Of a stretch of DNA of 64,000 nt, positions 18,927-28,359 are shown in pieces. Where the stretch lies: the IMG/VR virus record IMGVR_UViG_3300037104_000756, positions 1-64,000 of that record. One strand, 5' to 3'. The notes under the pieces are model-generated. The model made no database searches. It was not told where the DNA came from and saw only the letters and a program-made list of their open reading frames with translations. This stretch comes from a virus. Each line of letters begins with the position of its first letter. The stretch's first letter is position 1. The translations under genes were made by a program, and so were the position numbers.

Positions 18927-19840
18927 GAATCGGAGCCCGCGTTTCCGTCCATCGCAGTCAGCTAGTTCACTCCCCTGATCGTGAAGGTAATGTCACTCGT
19001 GAAAAGGTCGATCTGGCGAAACTACGCATAAGTTTTGAGGGTTGGGTTGCGATCTTAAAAGGTCGTCTTCTACCGAATGGAAAAATTCAAGTGGCGGTCG
19101 GGAATAACAGGCTCGTGGCGCTGAATGAACTCCAGTACGACGGGCTGATTGATATTCAGCTTTATGACGATTGCACTGACAAGGAGTTTGGGAAGATTTA
19201 CCTCGACGATAACAACGCTGTCGACAGCAATTGCACCCAGTGGGCGATGCATGCTGTTGTCCACGCCGTCTCCATTCTGGGACCCGCGTACGCCAATCCG
19301 TCGTCTGAGTTGGATGCGGACCTATCCCGACTCATGGGAGTCCGAAACGATGTTGTTCCTGATTTAAGAAAAATGGATATGGCCATTTCCCAACACACGC
19401 TTGCCCCCGAAGTCGAAAAGATTAGGGAGATTGACTACGCAATATATTTTTGGGCGCGGGTCGAAGCGGTTGGAGGAGTACCTCTGGGCGATCAAACGTA
19501 TTACATTCTGAATCGCCTTATTCCAGGGCTGCACCCGAATGCACCGAAGGGGGTAGCGATAAAAGACCCTATCTCGACAATCAAGGCGTGGTCTCATAAT
19601 TTCGATCCCAACTTCGGGAAAAAACCTCGAAGAGCGAAACCGAACATTAAATTTCATCAGGAGTTAAGCTTGGATGAAAAAGGCGACAAGGTTCGGATGG
19701 CGTTGGAGAATTTCATTTCAGATATTGAAAATACCGAAGAACCTGTGCTGCGCGATGATGTTCAGCAAGACCTGCGCAGTCTTTGCGAGAAGTTTATTCA
19801 GATTTGTGATGGCGTCACCACGGAGGTGTCCAATGGGTAA
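18923..19840 (+). CDS. ParB/Srx-like N-terminal domain protein
   Basis: IQVAVGNNRLVAL resembles the ParB GxxR motif; helical C-terminal part. Confidence 0.5.
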   Translation: MRIGARVSVHRSQLVHSPDREGNVTREKVDLAKLRISFEGWVAILKGRLLPNGKIQVAVGNNRLVALNELQYDGLIDIQLYDDCTDKEFGKIYLDDNNAVDSNCTQWAMHAVVHAVSILGPAYANPSSELDADLSRLMGVRNDVVPDLRKMDMAISQHTLAPEVEKIREIDYAIYFWARVEAVGGVPLGDQTYYILNRLIPGLHPNAPKGVAIKDPISTIKAWSHNFDPNFGKKPRRAKPNIKFHQELSLDEKGDKVRMALENFISDIENTEEPVLRDDVQQDLRSLCEKFIQICDGVTTEVSNG

Positions 19841-21359
19841 GCTGCACGTAAAGAGAAAACAGGCGGTCGTTAAGGCGAAGAAACCAACGAAGCCGCTTAA
19901 GGCGGGAACTATCGACGGCGTAGTGGCTGATCCTGTGAAGTTGCCGAGCGGCAACACCATCAAACGGTATATCATCACCTCAGCACAAAACAACACTAAC
20001 CTGCATGAAGGATTGTGGAAAAACCTCCTGGCGCTGAGAGCGCACTATAACGCCGAGTTGGTTGTTGGGAGATTCACTTACAACAAAAGTGCGTACGGTC
20101 CTGCGTCCGTAAAACCAAACACTGCCGACGAGAGTGACCACGACTCTCCGTGGTACGATCCCCGCCTCGAAGAGTTTACGAGGGATGCACGAGTGCAGCT
20201 TGGCAAGGGGTTGGTATGGTGCGGGGAATCCAATATCATCCCGACCGCTGGTGATCCATTGCGCGGCTTCGAGGATTTTGCGGGTCGTCAATCATGTATT
20301 TTCCCGCACTCCACTATAGCCATGCGTTCAGTGGCGGCAACGGAAGGTAGCGGAGCGAAATTGATATATGCCACAGGGACGGTAACACAAAAGAATTATA
20401 TCCACATGCGGGCGGGACTCGTAGCAGAATTTCACCACACCTTCGGTGCATTGATTGTCGAAGTCGATAGCCTGGGTGTTTGGAAGGTCCGCCAACTTGA
20501 TGCAGAGGATGGGAGCGGCACCATATATGACCTGACGTTGAAGGTCGAGCACGGGAAAGTCACCGATGGGCATCGCGTGGAAGCTATCGTGTTCGGAGAC
20601 ATTCACGCTACAATCATTGATGAAACAGTTCTGGCTCTATCGGCCACAGTGGCGGACAACATGATCGACACTCTGCGTCCGAAACATATCTTCATTCACG
20701 ACCTGATGGAAGGCGCATCCGTCAATCATCACGCCTCTCGTAAACCGTTGGAGAGATTCAAAACCTCGCTGCGTGAACTGACGGTCGTCGAAAATGAACT
20801 GAAAGTGACTGCAGAGGTACTTCAGCACTACTGCCGCCCAAACGCGTTGACTGTAGTGGTCAACTCGAATCACGACCGCTGGCTGGATCGCTGGCTCGAT
20901 GAATTTGACCCGCACTTTGACGACGCGCGCAACTTGGAAATATATCACGACGGTAACGCCTCTCGCCTCATGCAGCAGAGGCTTTTTGGGAAGCCTCTGA
21001 ACGTCCTTGAGTATTTGATTCGCAAATACACCCACTTCACTCTTCCGGCGCAGTTCCTTGCGATGGATGAATCATTCTTGCTGTGCGACAAGCAGCTTGA
21101 ATGCGGCCAACATGGAGATTTAGGTCCCAATGGATCGCGCGGGTCTGCGAAGGCTCTCGCCAAGGTCGGTCGACCATCGGTTGTCGGACACTATCACAGT
21201 GCGGGAATCTGGAACGGACTCTACGCGGTCGGAACCAGCACAGAGTTTCGGATGGGCTACAACACAGGACCTAGTTCGTGGACACATAGTCATTGCATTG
21301 TCTACGAAAACGGCAAGCGCACCATCATCACCATGTACGAGAAAGCTTGGAAGGCATAA
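19833..21359 (+). CDS. Calcineurin-like metallophosphoesterase, T5 A1-like
   Basis: RYIITSAQNNT N-terminal motif; GDIH, HDL, SNHD, HGD and GHYH metal motifs; SD GGAGG before ATG 19833. Confidence 0.8.
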   Translation: MGKLHVKRKQAVVKAKKPTKPLKAGTIDGVVADPVKLPSGNTIKRYIITSAQNNTNLHEGLWKNLLALRAHYNAELVVGRFTYNKSAYGPASVKPNTADESDHDSPWYDPRLEEFTRDARVQLGKGLVWCGESNIIPTAGDPLRGFEDFAGRQSCIFPHSTIAMRSVAATEGSGAKLIYATGTVTQKNYIHMRAGLVAEFHHTFGALIVEVDSLGVWKVRQLDAEDGSGTIYDLTLKVEHGKVTDGHRVEAIVFGDIHATIIDETVLALSATVADNMIDTLRPKHIFIHDLMEGASVNHHASRKPLERFKTSLRELTVVENELKVTAEVLQHYCRPNALTVVVNSNHDRWLDRWLDEFDPHFDDARNLEIYHDGNASRLMQQRLFGKPLNVLEYLIRKYTHFTLPAQFLAMDESFLLCDKQLECGQHGDLGPNGSRGSAKALAKVGRPSVVGHYHSAGIWNGLYAVGTSTEFRMGYNTGPSSWTHSHCIVYENGKRTIITMYEKAWKA

Positions 21360-21381
21360 ACAAGTTTCGGAGGCATTGAGC

Positions 21382-21642
21382 ATGCCAAATGCAGTTGAAT
21401 ACTCCAAACGGAAAGCAGAGAGATTTTGCGTGGTGTGTGGAACGCTACCTAACACTCATGGCTATTTGTGTGATCCATGCGCAGCACGAAACCGTCGCAG
21501 CCACAAACGCCAAATGGATAGAATTCAACTCCGTACTGGCTCCAGACGGATTTTAGCTGAGTGGCAAGTTCAAGAAATCGAAGATCAACTGAAGTGGAAC
21601 AAAGAAAACATTCATCTGGAGGCACGTAGTGAGCAACGATAA
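21382..21642 (+). CDS. Small Zn-finger protein, paralog B
   Basis: CVVC…CDPC; C-terminus [14 protein letters not shown] shared with paralog A. Confidence 0.75.
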   Translation: MPNAVEYSKRKAERFCVVCGTLPNTHGYLCDPCAARNRRSHKRQMDRIQLRTGSRRILAEWQVQEIEDQLKWNKENIHLEARSEQR

Positions 21643-22630
21643 GGACAACACAGAACAATCCCTTAGCGAAGTAATGGCAGGCATTGAAAAACAGCATGGC
21701 AAGGGCGCTATCATGATGCTGGGAAGCAAAACGTTTGCTCCCATCGACGTAATCTCCACCTCTTCTCTTGCGTTGGACGTGGCGCTGGGCGTCGGGGGCA
21801 TCCCTCGCGGGAGGGTTGTTGAAATCTACGGACCTGAATCTGGCGGGAAGACGACGCTGGCGCTCCACATCATTGCCGAAGCGCAAAAATTGGGCGGCAA
21901 GGCTGCGTTTATCGATGCGGAGCATGCTCTCGACCCCGTCTATGCCCGTAAGCTGAGTGTTGATGTCGACCACTTGCTAGTGTCCCAGCCCGATAACGGA
22001 GAGCAGGCGCTGGAGATCACCGAATCCTTAATTAAGTCGGGCAGGATTGCCATCATCGTCGTAGACTCGGTGGCTGCCTTGGTTCCACGCGCGGAACTGG
22101 AAGGCGATATGGGCGACCCACAGATGGGCTTGCAGGCGCGCTTGATGTCGCAAGCGCTGCGCAAACTCACGGGGATGACGAATCAAACAAAAACTATTTT
22201 GATTTTTATCAATCAAATCCGAGAGAAGATTGGCGTGATGTTCGGCAGTCCCGAAACCACCACAGGTGGACGAGCGTTGAAGTTTTACGCATCGGTGCGG
22301 CTCGACATTCGCAAATTCGGCTGGCTCAAAGACGGCGACGTAACCCTTGGAGCCGAGACACGGATCAAGGTCGTAAAAAACAAAGTCGCTACGCCGCATA
22401 CCCAGGCTGAGGTGCATCTTCTTTATGGTCACGGTATATCGCGCGAATGGGACTTGCTGCAAATCGGCGAAGCCAACAACATCATCACCAAAACAGGAAA
22501 CTGGTTCAACTACAAAGGTGAGAAAATCGGACAGGGCGCAGAGAACGCGCGTGTTTTCCTCGTGAATCATGTTGACATTGCCACCACACTTGAGGTAGAA
22601 TTACGTAGCCTCCTCTTCAAGAAAAGGTGA
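21629..22630 (+). CDS. recA: RecA recombinase
   Basis: [41 protein letters not shown]; full-length bacterial type. Confidence 0.97.
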   Translation: MSNDKDNTEQSLSEVMAGIEKQHGKGAIMMLGSKTFAPIDVISTSSLALDVALGVGGIPRGRVVEIYGPESGGKTTLALHIIAEAQKLGGKAAFIDAEHALDPVYARKLSVDVDHLLVSQPDNGEQALEITESLIKSGRIAIIVVDSVAALVPRAELEGDMGDPQMGLQARLMSQALRKLTGMTNQTKTILIFINQIREKIGVMFGSPETTTGGRALKFYASVRLDIRKFGWLKDGDVTLGAETRIKVVKNKVATPHTQAEVHLLYGHGISREWDLLQIGEANNIITKTGNWFNYKGEKIGQGAENARVFLVNHVDIATTLEVELRSLLFKKR

Positions 22631-22633
22631 CCA

Positions 22634-23104
22634 GTGATCACTTCAAAAGAATACCGAGACGATCCCAAAAAACATGGGTATGTGACCAACGGCTTGAGTC
22701 GGTGCTGTATCTGCGACCTCTCATACACAGACCATATTGAGGACGTGCCTGCGGTAGAAAAAACGGTTCTGTCCTCCGATGCTCAGGAACGCAAAAATAT
22801 TCCCATCGCAAGCGGAGTCTTGGATTATTTCCCTTCGGCTTTGAGTGAAGTGGCCCGCGTATCCTTTGCAGGCAATGAACAACACAACCCAGGGCAGCCA
22901 CTACACTGGGCGCGCGGCAAATCCACCGACCAAGACGATTGTATTATTCGCCATTTCTTGGAGCGCGGGAAGATCGACACGGACGGCATGCGGCACTCCG
23001 CAAAGCTGGCATGGCGTGCGCTGGCGTTGCTGCAACTCGAACTTGAAGCAGAAGGGGCACCCATTGCACGGGGCTCCATCGAGCCCGAGGAGAAAAAGCG
23101 ATGA
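22634..23104 (+). CDS. dATP/dGTP diphosphohydrolase-like protein (DUF5664)
   Basis: FPSALSEVARVS..GN.QH…HW…RH…H.A..AWRAL pattern. Confidence 0.75.
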   Translation: MITSKEYRDDPKKHGYVTNGLSRCCICDLSYTDHIEDVPAVEKTVLSSDAQERKNIPIASGVLDYFPSALSEVARVSFAGNEQHNPGQPLHWARGKSTDQDDCIIRHFLERGKIDTDGMRHSAKLAWRALALLQLELEAEGAPIARGSIEPEEKKR

Positions 23105-23610
23105 AGAACCCAGTCAAGGATATTCGCACACTCGACGATTTGAATAAACAGAGTCGCGAGTACCGCTTCGTTAACAGCTTTTATGACCTTCAAAATGATG
23201 CTGCTGAGATCAACAAAAACAGCGGCTTCGTAGATCAGGAAGTCTTGATTGATAAACTGGCGAGGTTCCTGGGTGACGCGCACTCTGTCGGATTAGATGA
23301 AGCCCGACAATTTCTACCTCTTATTGACATGTTCAAGGGAGCCCGAGTCGGCTTGAAGCTGGCTCTCTCAATCGGGGAGATCAGTGAAGCTCTCGAAGCG
23401 GTCAGGAAGACCAAGGGAGCGGACGACCACATCCCAGCATTCTCGGCGGAAGAGGCTGAACTCGCCGACGGAGTTATTCGGCTGATGAATTATGCCCATG
23501 ACCGCAAGCTGCGTTTGGCAGAGGCTATCGTAGCCAAAAACGAGTACAATCGCACTCGGAAGGATCACACCAGGGAGGCGCGGGCGGGAGCGGGCGGGAA
23601 AAAATTCTAA
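23101..23610 (+). CDS. MazG-like NTP pyrophosphohydrolase
   Basis: GEISEALEAVRK…EAELADGVIRL…KNEYN.TR (EXXE…EXXD). Confidence 0.8.
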   Translation: MKNPVKDIRTLDDLNKQSREYRFVNSFYDLQNDAAEINKNSGFVDQEVLIDKLARFLGDAHSVGLDEARQFLPLIDMFKGARVGLKLALSIGEISEALEAVRKTKGADDHIPAFSAEEAELADGVIRLMNYAHDRKLRLAEAIVAKNEYNRTRKDHTREARAGAGGKKF

Positions 23611-23619
23611 GGAGGGGAA

Positions 23620-24060
23620 ATGCTTAAAGTTTACTTGGCGGCACCATATGTCATGAAAGATGTCATTCAAGAGCGCGCTACCGAACTGCGGGTGGTGGGA
23701 ATTGAAATCACCTCCAGTTGGATCAATGAAAAACACAAGCCGACCGTTCAAATGCATGAGATAACGAAAGAAGAGCATCAGCAATATGCCCTTCAGGATA
23801 TCCAAGACGTGGTGGCTGCGGATATTCTTGTATTTCACACCGATCCAACCAAAACCATAGTCCGAGGCGGGCGGCATGTGGAATTCGGCATTGCGATTGG
23901 TATCGGACTGACGCGGCACATGCCAATCCTCGTGGTTGGGCAGGACCACGAGAATATTTTCCACTACCTTCCGCAAGTGACGCACTGGGATTCGTGGGAC
24001 CAAGTAAAAAAAGCATTGTGTGATATCCACACCTGGGATGAAATTAGTTCCAGAGCATAA
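23620..24060 (+). CDS. Nucleoside 2-deoxyribosyltransferase-like protein
   Basis: KVYLAAP…DIQDVVAADIL…GGRHVEFGIA. Confidence 0.75.
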   Translation: MLKVYLAAPYVMKDVIQERATELRVVGIEITSSWINEKHKPTVQMHEITKEEHQQYALQDIQDVVAADILVFHTDPTKTIVRGGRHVEFGIAIGIGLTRHMPILVVGQDHENIFHYLPQVTHWDSWDQVKKALCDIHTWDEISSRA

Positions 24061-24068
24061 GGACCCTT

Positions 24069-26330
24069 GTGGCCTATCAATTTCTACACATGGACTATGA
24101 GACGTTTTCTCTCGTAGACCTGCGCGAAGTCGGACTCGACAACTACGCCAAACACCCGTCAACGGGCATCTCTATGCTTGGTTGGGCTCTTGATGATGAG
24201 GAGGTTGAGATATGGCTGCCTCATCTCGGTCCGATGCCTCAGAAATTGCTCGACGCTTTGCAAAACTCCAACATCCTCAAAGTGGCGTGGAATTCTGTGT
24301 TCGAGTACAACATCACAAAATATGTGTTGTTTGGCGCGCGATATATGAGCGAGGGCTTCTTTGTGCCGCTATGGGAATTTCGCGACCCGATTGTGCTTGC
24401 CCACAATTTGTCTCTTCCGGGCAGGTTGGATGATGTCGCCCAAATTTTGAAAATGAAAGAACAGAAGGACCCGCGCGGCGATGAACTAAAGTTCATGTTT
24501 TGCGAACCTGTCAGTCATGGCGGCGAAGTGACTCTGTTCGGAATTTCTCCACCGCTATTCCGTGACCACAACAGCCATCCTAGAGAGTTCGCTGAATATA
24601 TCGAGTACTGCAAGCAGGACGTGCGGGCAGAGCGTGCATTATGGCACCGCCTGCGTAAAATAGGTTTTCCTGACCGCGAATGGCAGGGGTGGCTGCTAGA
24701 TCAAAAAATCAATGCCTTCGGCATGCCTGGGCGTCGCGATCTGGCTGAGAAAGGGTTGCGGCTGGCGTTGAAATTTAAAGATATCCAAAGCAAGTTGTTG
24801 AAAGAGAAAACTGGGCTCGCGAATCCGAATTCTGATGTGCAAATGAAAGAGTGGGTTACGGCGCGAGGATATCCGTGGAATTCTCTACGGGCTCCAACCG
24901 TGCAGGCTGAGTTAAAAAATCCAACATCACCTATTACCGTGGAGTGCCGCGAGGCGTTGAAAATCCGATCCTCCGCACGCAAATCATCATACACAAAGAT
25001 TGAAAAGTTTTTAAACCTTCTCTCTACTGACGACCGTCTCCGAAATCAGTTTCGCTACATGGGTGCTGCGCGTACTGGACGATGGGCTAGCGGCGGCGGG
25101 GAAGACACCTCTGTTCAAGTGCAGAACCTCCCGCGCGGAGAAAAAGCGGTTAAGAAAAAGCTGACGCGGGCTCTCGACCTGTTGGAGAATGAAGACTACG
25201 ACGGTATCGTGGCGGAATTCACCAACACTAAAGACCCGAAAGACTCGGTCACGGTAGTGGAGTTTGTCATCACACTGTTGCGGTCGCTGTTTCAAGCGAA
25301 GCCGGGGAAAAAGTTTCTCGTTGCCGACAAGAATGCAATTGAAAACCGATTTCTGGGTTGGGCGGCGGGCTGTGATGCAATTCTGGATGTCTTTCATCAC
25401 ACTAAAGCGGAGGGCGGCGACCCGTACCTAGCTTTTGATTGCAAGCTGCGCAATACCTCGTACGCGGACGCTTGGGCAGAGTATGCCGCAGGGAGCGAAG
25501 ATAACAGACAGAATGCGAAGCCTGCTGTGCTGGGCGCAGGATATGGTCTCGGCGGCGGCGACATGTACATCAATGAATATGGAGATGAGGTTCGGGGCGG
25601 TTTGTGGGGATACGCGAAATCGGTTTGTGGCGTCGATATTACGAAAGAGTTTGCACACAAAGCCGTGAAAGTTTTCCGTGAAGTATACCCCGAAGTTCCA
25701 GTCTTCTGGCTCGACCTGGAAGAAGCATTCAAGCAGGTTTTGAAGCGCGGTGGCGTGGTTAAAGTTGGAGAAGTGACGTGGGATAAACGCGCCAAAGAAT
25801 GGATCGAGCACCCAACCAAAGGCAAGCAGTGTGTGATCACCTTCCGGCGCGTCCCGATGGATGGTGGCGGATATATGATACGGATGGAACTGCCATCTGG
25901 TCGCGCGCTTCACTATCTTAACGCAACCCTGGAAGATGAAACACGGACGAGCCAGAATACAGGTCGTCCCTACACCGTTCAGACAATTTACTACGATGGT
26001 GTTGAACATAGCTCAACACAGGGCGTTGACGGAAAGACAATAAAAAAGCGCCACAAATGGGGACGCGTCAAAACATATGGTGGGAAACTTTGTGAGAACG
26101 CTATTCAAGCTATGGCGAGAGACGATCTGTTAAACAGTATGTTTTTGGCTGATGAAATGGGTATTTCTTTGTGGGGTTTGTTCCACGACGAACTCGCGGC
26201 GGAAGTTGACGATTCTATGTTCGGGCTGCGGCTGGATGATTTGATTTGGTGCATGTGCCAAATTCCAGACTGGGCTCCGGGGATGCTGTTGGGTGCGGAA
26301 GGCTACGAATCTTTCGTGTACAAGAAATAA
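24069..26330 (+). CDS. polA: Family A DNA polymerase with 3'-5' exonuclease
   Basis: ExoI DYETFS; RTGRWAS; motif A ADKNAIENR; motif B RQNAKPAVLGAGYG; motif C HDEL. Confidence 0.93.
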   Translation: MAYQFLHMDYETFSLVDLREVGLDNYAKHPSTGISMLGWALDDEEVEIWLPHLGPMPQKLLDALQNSNILKVAWNSVFEYNITKYVLFGARYMSEGFFVPLWEFRDPIVLAHNLSLPGRLDDVAQILKMKEQKDPRGDELKFMFCEPVSHGGEVTLFGISPPLFRDHNSHPREFAEYIEYCKQDVRAERALWHRLRKIGFPDREWQGWLLDQKINAFGMPGRRDLAEKGLRLALKFKDIQSKLLKEKTGLANPNSDVQMKEWVTARGYPWNSLRAPTVQAELKNPTSPITVECREALKIRSSARKSSYTKIEKFLNLLSTDDRLRNQFRYMGAARTGRWASGGGEDTSVQVQNLPRGEKAVKKKLTRALDLLENEDYDGIVAEFTNTKDPKDSVTVVEFVITLLRSLFQAKPGKKFLVADKNAIENRFLGWAAGCDAILDVFHHTKAEGGDPYLAFDCKLRNTSYADAWAEYAAGSEDNRQNAKPAVLGAGYGLGGGDMYINEYGDEVRGGLWGYAKSVCGVDITKEFAHKAVKVFREVYPEVPVFWLDLEEAFKQVLKRGGVVKVGEVTWDKRAKEWIEHPTKGKQCVITFRRVPMDGGGYMIRMELPSGRALHYLNATLEDETRTSQNTGRPYTVQTIYYDGVEHSSTQGVDGKTIKKRHKWGRVKTYGGKLCENAIQAMARDDLLNSMFLADEMGISLWGLFHDELAAEVDDSMFGLRLDDLIWCMCQIPDWAPGMLLGAEGYESFVYKK

Positions 26331-26333
26331 GGG

Positions 26334-26367
26334 TTGACAAATTACCAGTACCAAAGTACCATTGCAC
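26334..26367 (+). promoter_or_regulatory. Sigma70-like promoter with tandem GTACC operator-like repeat
   Basis: TTGACA-17-TACCAT; CAGTACCAAAGTACCATTGCAC recurs (19/22) at 62431-62452 on the minus strand. Confidence 0.6.
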
Positions 26368-26386
26368 ATCCTCGAAAGGAAAACAA

Positions 26387-27310
26387 ATGACCGACTCTCC
26401 AAAATTGAACCTGCGCCAAAAGCTAGTTCAGATTTATAACGAACTCGACCACGTTGATAAAGCGGGCGAGAACAAGAAGCAGAGCTATAGATTCGTGCGG
26501 GCGGCAGATGTGATGCGTCCTGTTCGGGCGATGCTTGCGAAATGGGGCATCTATGCCGAAACGAATTATGAATTGCTGACGACGTACGACATCAAAACCA
26601 ACAGCGGCGGAAACATGCACACAGCAACCGTGAAAGCTACGATTGTGCTTTTCGATGCCGACTCCGACGAGACCAAGACGATCAGCGGTTTAGGAGACGG
26701 AGCAGATAGCGGCGACAAAGGCATTTTCAAGGCTCAGACAGGCGCGACCAAAAACGCACTCCGAAACGGAACCCTGTTGCCCGATGAAGCAGACCCGGAA
26801 GCGGATGAATCGGTCGACAATTCTATTGACGAACCCGTTGATGGACGTGCTTTGAGTGGCGGCGCATATGATCAACCCAGTTTCCAAGATGCTCGCCATA
26901 CGACTGCGCGCCCTACGGCAGCCCCTGCGAAGGCCACAAAAACTGCAGCACCTGTGGCTGTCCCACAGACGACCTCGGCTGCACAGGCTGTGAGTCGTGA
27001 ACCTGGGGATGATTCCGAATATGATCTGCCGACCGAGGCGGAACTAACAGGGTACCGCGCGAAGTTCAAGAAGCTGGGCGATGACCTTTCGACGGTGGGC
27101 AAGTTGAAATCCAGCAAGGGTCTGCCGATTAATCGCAAATTATTGGTCTTCCTTATCAGCATCACCAAGGCGGATGATGCGAAGACAATTTCCAAACTTC
27201 AATGGGATGACTTCTTTGCCCGCGTCGATCAGGTGCAGACACTGGAGAACGGACTTGTCGGACTCGGGAAGTTGGTCAACAAATACAACGGGCTCGACGA
27301 GAAGAAGTAA
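26387..27310 (+). CDS. erf: ERF-family ssDNA-annealing protein
   Basis: KAGENKKQSYRF…GDGADSGDKGIFKAQTGA.K.AL…DPE; SD AAGGA. Confidence 0.85.
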   Translation: MTDSPKLNLRQKLVQIYNELDHVDKAGENKKQSYRFVRAADVMRPVRAMLAKWGIYAETNYELLTTYDIKTNSGGNMHTATVKATIVLFDADSDETKTISGLGDGADSGDKGIFKAQTGATKNALRNGTLLPDEADPEADESVDNSIDEPVDGRALSGGAYDQPSFQDARHTTARPTAAPAKATKTAAPVAVPQTTSAAQAVSREPGDDSEYDLPTEAELTGYRAKFKKLGDDLSTVGKLKSSKGLPINRKLLVFLISITKADDAKTISKLQWDDFFARVDQVQTLENGLVGLGKLVNKYNGLDEKK

Positions 27311-27732
27311 TGGCTCTCTGTTGCGGTTGCAGAACCATCCGAACGTCGACCAATAGCACTCACAGTCGGCGCAATGAAGATGGGTTGGATGATTATTGTC
27401 GGACATGCAAATCCAACCAGTACTATAGAAACGCCCGCAGCCGTCGCAACGGGTTTTTGGTTCGGCGATATGGCATCACAATTGAGCAGTTTGAGGATTT
27501 GGTTCAGCAGCAACGCGGGCGTTGTCGGATTTGCGGAACAGATAACCCCGGGAACACAGGATGTAGTCGCTGGAAGAGAAGTACATGGCATGTTGATCAC
27601 ATTCACGGTACTAAAATCGTTCGAGGGTTGTTGTGCCATCTTTGCAATCGATTACTGGGATTGGCAAAAGACAACCCACGAATTTTGGCAGCCGCACTTA
27701 AATACTTAGAGGAGAATTCACATGAGCAATAG
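27310..27732 (+). CDS. Endonuclease VII-like homing endonuclease
   Basis: RRYGITIE…QRGRCRIC…VDHIH…VRGLLCHLCNRLLG. Confidence 0.88.
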   Translation: MALCCGCRTIRTSTNSTHSRRNEDGLDDYCRTCKSNQYYRNARSRRNGFLVRRYGITIEQFEDLVQQQRGRCRICGTDNPGNTGCSRWKRSTWHVDHIHGTKIVRGLLCHLCNRLLGLAKDNPRILAAALKYLEENSHEQ

Positions 27733-28180
27733 CGTCAACAAAGTAATTTTGATTGGTCGCTTGGGCAAAGACCCAGATGTTAAATACACCCAGAGCGATA
27801 AGGCGGTTGCGAATTTCAGCATCGCGACTGACGAGACCTATAAAGACGCTCAGGGCGAAAAACAAAAACGAACGGAGTGGCATAATATCGTTGTGTGGGG
27901 GAATTCGGTTGAGGCGTTTGTTCAGCCGTACATCCACAAGGGCGACATGGTCTACATCGAAGGCAAGCTGCAGACTCGTTCATGGGAAGACAAAGCGGGC
28001 GTCAAGAAATACACCACCGAGATAAACGTCACAGACATCAAAGGTCTCGTGACCGAACCGACAGACAACAAACCCACAGATCGTGGCAATACAGGACGAT
28101 CAACCCAACAGGCACGACCTGCGCAACGGCAGGCGGCTCCTGCTGCGGCGATAGTCAACGAGGAAGATATCCTCTTCTAG
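27722..28180 (+). CDS. ssb: Single-stranded DNA-binding protein
   Basis: VNKVILIGRLGKDP…TEWH…EGKLQTRSW; acidic tail EEDILF. Confidence 0.96.
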   Translation: MSNSVNKVILIGRLGKDPDVKYTQSDKAVANFSIATDETYKDAQGEKQKRTEWHNIVVWGNSVEAFVQPYIHKGDMVYIEGKLQTRSWEDKAGVKKYTTEINVTDIKGLVTEPTDNKPTDRGNTGRSTQQARPAQRQAAPAAAIVNEEDILF

Positions 28181-28188
28181 TCGAAGTT

Positions 28189-28331
28189 GTGGAGTCATAC
28201 TCCACTGATCTGGCGTAGCAAGGGATACGGCTAGCCTGCGACAGCGGGCATAGGGCTAACGCACAACCAAAGTCGGACCCATGTCGCCCCTTGCGCTCCG
28301 AGTAACCCAGTAAGAATGATAAACTCTCGGA
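28189..28331 (+). ncRNA. Candidate structured intergenic RNA/ssDNA element
   Basis: Four helices visible between ssb and the helicase (see findings). Confidence 0.35.
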
Positions 28332-28359
28332 CCAATTTTCTAGTCTGAAGGAGGTTTCC

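Noticed and set aside
22634-26330. Z-genome (2-aminoadenine) pathway
   Set aside because: No purZ or datZ-like gene was recognised in the window.
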